56,187 nucleotides of DNA from assembly GCA_018398765.1 (NCBI GenBank), contig JAHBMJ010000123.1:1-56187 (forward strand), written 5' to 3'. Source of the DNA: Chromera velia (taxonomy: Eukaryota). The position numbers and the translations under genes are program-made. Positions 52,471-56,187 of the stretch are shown in pieces (position 1 is the first letter of the stretch; every line of letters starts with the position of its first letter). The notes under the pieces were generated by a model, which was not told where the DNA came from, ran no database searches, and saw only the letters and a program-made list of their open reading frames with translations.

Positions 52471-55400
52471 GAAAAAAGAAAGAAAGGAAGAAAAGAGAAA
52501 GAAGAACAGACTGAGGGAACACACACAGCTACTTACGAAGGCAATCGGAGATCGTCCGTGCGCCTGCAACAGGGTGCTTTTCGAGGAGAAGTGTGAAGAT
52601 CTCCCTCACTTTCTTCTCATTTTCGCTCACACCCCGTCCCAACTGCTGCTTAGCCATTTGTTGTGCCCACACAATCAAGTCCGACTTAGAGCGAGCGTCT
52701 CTTGCTTCATCCAAAAGCCTATTCATACGTCCCCTCTCTCCTTTGGTCCCTTTGCATTCAGTTAACTTATGGACAACATCATTCAGATGGCCACGCCTAT
52801 GCAAATCGAGGGGGCAGTGCTCGCAGACCGTCTCTACCTCCCCGTTCAGAACTCCCCCCCCCCTAACAGTGCACGGGCAATCGGCCTGACGTTGGCCTTC
52901 GAACAGAGCAGCCTCCTAGAGAGAGGTCGAACTATAGGAATACGCCGCCTGCTTGAGCCGGTCCATCCTCCCATGACAAGATGGGCCAAGCGCTGTCTAG
53001 ACGGATGTTCGACTTGGAAGACCGAAGGCCTCACTCCGTTAGGGAAAACCCCCCCCCATCCTGCCTGCCCTCCCCTGCCCTGCCGGCCCTCTTTTTGCAA
53101 AGAACGGGAGGTAGCTACAAACCAGTCGTCCAACCATTCTTATGCCTCCCTACCTCTCCCTTCTACCGCGAGCTTTCTTTTTAATGCAGCTTTCTCTCCC
53201 GGGCCCGAAGGCACCCCCTCGACAGAGAAGAGTTCAGGAGCGAAAGGTCCCACCAACAGCTTGACGGACCTCCACCAATCACCATAAAGGCCGTCTTTGC
53301 AGAGATCTAAAAAGCTAGCGGGCATACAGTGGGATGTTAAGGAGAGGCTACGTAAAAAACCCCCCACTCTTTCAGCCAAGATAGCCCGTATCCGGCAAAG
53401 GCCGGAGATGAAGAGGGAGGGGATACGAAACAAATTGCGGGGAAGGCCAAAAACCTATCTAACAAAACGTAGTTGCAAATCATCTAACGCTTTCATGTCT
53501 GCTTGACTGAGAGAAAACGCTTCTAGCCCGTAAAGGGCCACAGGAATCCACAGGCCCCAAAAGAGCATAATTTTCGAAGTCGGAGAGAGATGACTAAGAG
53601 AAACACAAAGCCCAATGACCCCCCTGAGTGCCCTCTCTACCACTTCCAGGCGATGTCTCACAGAGGAACGGAGAGATCCGCCTTCAAAAAAGGTGTAGCC
53701 TAAATATTTATACTGGCCCATTCTCTCGACTTCCTTCCCTTCAAAAAACATTGGCTGACTAATATTCTCCTTGCTGCAGGAAAGCCTCATTATTTTTGTC
53801 TTTTTCAAATTGACCGTGAGGCCCCACGTCCGACAATATTCCGCCAATTTATTCATTCTCGCTTGAAGCTTATGTGAAAAACGACCAAACAGAACAAGGT
53901 CGTCAGCGTAACCGAGGCTTTCGATAGGCTCGGGCCCAACACAGATCGTATCATCCTGACTGACCCTGACTTTCCCTCTTTTCCTCTTCACCGCTACTTT
54001 GGTCTTCTTGTTCCCTTTCACAATGCCAACCCCTCTCAATCTGCCTGCCCAAGGGTAGTCACGTGCTCTGCTTTCTATAGACCTCTCGTCAGACACTGTT
54101 CCATCCTTCTCTGATTCTTCCCCCCCGAGCTCATCCTCTCGGTGAGCCGAGAGGCAGATGTGGTGGTGCAGATTATTAATGAACAGAAGGAAGAGCAGGA
54201 GAGAGAGAGGGTTACCCTGTTTCACCCCCGCCCCTTCCTGTATCTCCCTATCAGCACCATCGACCCTCGCCCAGACATCAAAGTACATAGCATGCACCAT
54301 TAAAACATCACATTCCGATACACCCTCCTCCCGAAGCCGTCTCAGCAACAGACCTCGAGGGACCTTATCAAACGCCTTAGAAAAGTCAACGAACGCAGCC
54401 AGAAGGGGGAGTTTCCAGGCTTTGGAGCTCGCTACAAGTCCTGCCAGCGCCGCAATGGCCTCCCTGGTCCCGACCCCCTTCCTGAACCCCAGCTGGCGGT
54501 TGTTTAATGAGGTCTGTTCCCTCAATCTCTCGTCCATCAGGAGGGCAAACAGTTTCGCAAGCAAACACACAATATGGATAGGTCTCCATTCCGAGCAGTC
54601 ACAAGAGGGGGGGCCTTTCGAAACAGGAACTACACGGATCAAATTCCAAAGAAACGGCCAATAGGAATAACGATGAAATAAATTAAAGAAGACAAAAAGA
54701 AGGAAACGAAAAAGGGGAGGGGAGCTGAAACAAAGGTCAAGATGCCTGGAGGAAACGCCCCCAATTCCATCAGCCTTACTCGTATCAATCGATTGGAGTG
54801 CACCGATAATCCTTTTATAAGACAAGGCCGGGGGAGGAGGGGGGAAGCAACTGGAGGAGGAGGGAGCCCTTCACCCTCAAATACAGAGGCCCAGAAATCG
54901 GTAAAAGCCGCGGGGGTCGGTCTGTCTCCCCCACCTCTCGCACTGCTCTTTTCCCTCTTCCACCTCCAAATCGCCGAGGGGTCGGTCGCAGCCTCCCTTG
55001 CTAACCTCTCTGCTTGCCTGTTACTTTACGGGCAAACAGTCTCTTCCTTGTCCTGTGAAGGGACTCAAGCTTTCGCTTCGCACTCTGGGTGGGACCTCCC
55101 CGGTCACCTTTATCTGCCCCCCATATTCCTCTCAGGTCCTTCCATTCTCTCTCGGCCTCTCTCACCTCCCTTTGTTTAGCCAAACATTCCTCATCCCACC
55201 AGTCTAGCCGGGATGACTCCCGTTGACTTATGTCCTTTCTTTCTTTCTTGTTTTCCTTTCTGCTTCCCATCCTTACCCCTTTGGAATTCCGCCGGCTAGG
55301 CATGTTTGCTAGGAGTCAGAAATCTGTCGTAACTGCTCTGTCAGAGAGAAAGACACTGCATCTGATGGGGGCGGCTCGGGCGGAGGTTTTGGAGGATCAA

Positions 55401-56187
55401 AGAAGTGAGAAACAGGGTCTCCTCACTCCTGCGCTTGACGTAAACCCTCATCCTATAAGTTTAGCCCCTCATTCTCTGTGAACGCTTTCAGAGAGAGGGC
55501 CACCCCCATCAACTCATCGTCACAGACAGGGGTACATCTGCCTACTTCACTCAGATGAGAGAGAGGCCGGGAGAGGGACCAGTCAGAAATACATTCATGC
55601 ATAGACGAAGAGGGAGGAGAAGAGAAATCAAAAGAAAGAGAGACAGCCGTATGCTGCTTTGCGACCTCTAAACGTGACTCGACCACGTAAAAAGAGAGAT
55701 AACAAAGAAGCAGAGGGTCAATCAAAGGAATATCAATTACCGACTTAGACTTCCCACTCTTAAAGGTCCATGCCCCGGTTAGTCTGACCTCCACCTCCCT
55801 TCTTTCATCCTTTAGGTGCAGACCGGCGGCTGGCAGGAAGTTGGACTTCTCGCAAAGTGAGTGAAGGATCCAACGACCTGCTTCGTCAAGATTTGAACAT
55901 AGAGACTTATGCGTGAATTCCAGTGAGTGTCCATCTGTATTCTTATTCCCTTCATGCCCTGTCCCGGTTTCAGTATCTATTTCCCTTTCCCACGTAACCC
56001 CCTTTGGGCACTCGCTAGCCAGGTGTGCATTCAGGTCCCCCATCACTATTCGCAGATCTGACAGGGGGATAGCGTATAACGCCTCCAACAATTCTTCCCT
56101 CTCTTCATTTACCCATTCTCTGGAACCTCTATAGTCCGAATTGGCATACAGAAGATACATACCGAAGACGTGCAGCGTTCGGGTATG
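52360..56187 (-). mobile_element. Non-LTR retrotransposon (APE endonuclease + RT + CCHC), extends beyond the window
   Basis: APE motifs MGDLNAH, SVID, HTAV (56160-55453); RT KADGIGG, WRPI, QLGFR, FVDFSKAFD, QGNPLS, YADD, YKYLG (54825-53455); C-terminal CEHC..H.LTEC; ends beside a (TCTT)n tract; stops and frameshifts between domains. Confidence 0.93.

Overview
Eukaryotic, intron-rich and microsatellite-rich nuclear DNA; a chromerid or other alveolate alga such as Chromera is inferred from the bipartite plastid-type leader and repeat style, but not proven. Three spliced host genes can be built by hand: a small COPI-associated/Tvp15-like membrane protein (minus, ~16.4-17.0 kb), an 11-exon MATE transporter with a signal+transit-type leader (17524-23366), and a 7-exon unknown protein with a signal peptide (46740-50653). 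Much of the rest is nested, decayed transposable elements: a Penelope-like element with the GIY-YIG endonuclease upstream of the RT, two chromodomain-bearing Ty3/gypsy elements each carrying TIR insertions, non-autonomous 8-bp-TSD (hAT-like) elements, a foldback hairpin, an intron-containing Crypton-like tyrosine recombinase fragment, and an APE-RT LINE running off the right edge. The most striking signal is that differences between repeat copies and the premature stops are dominated by CpA/TpG->TpA transitions, a RIP-like signature in what appears to be a non-fungal genome.
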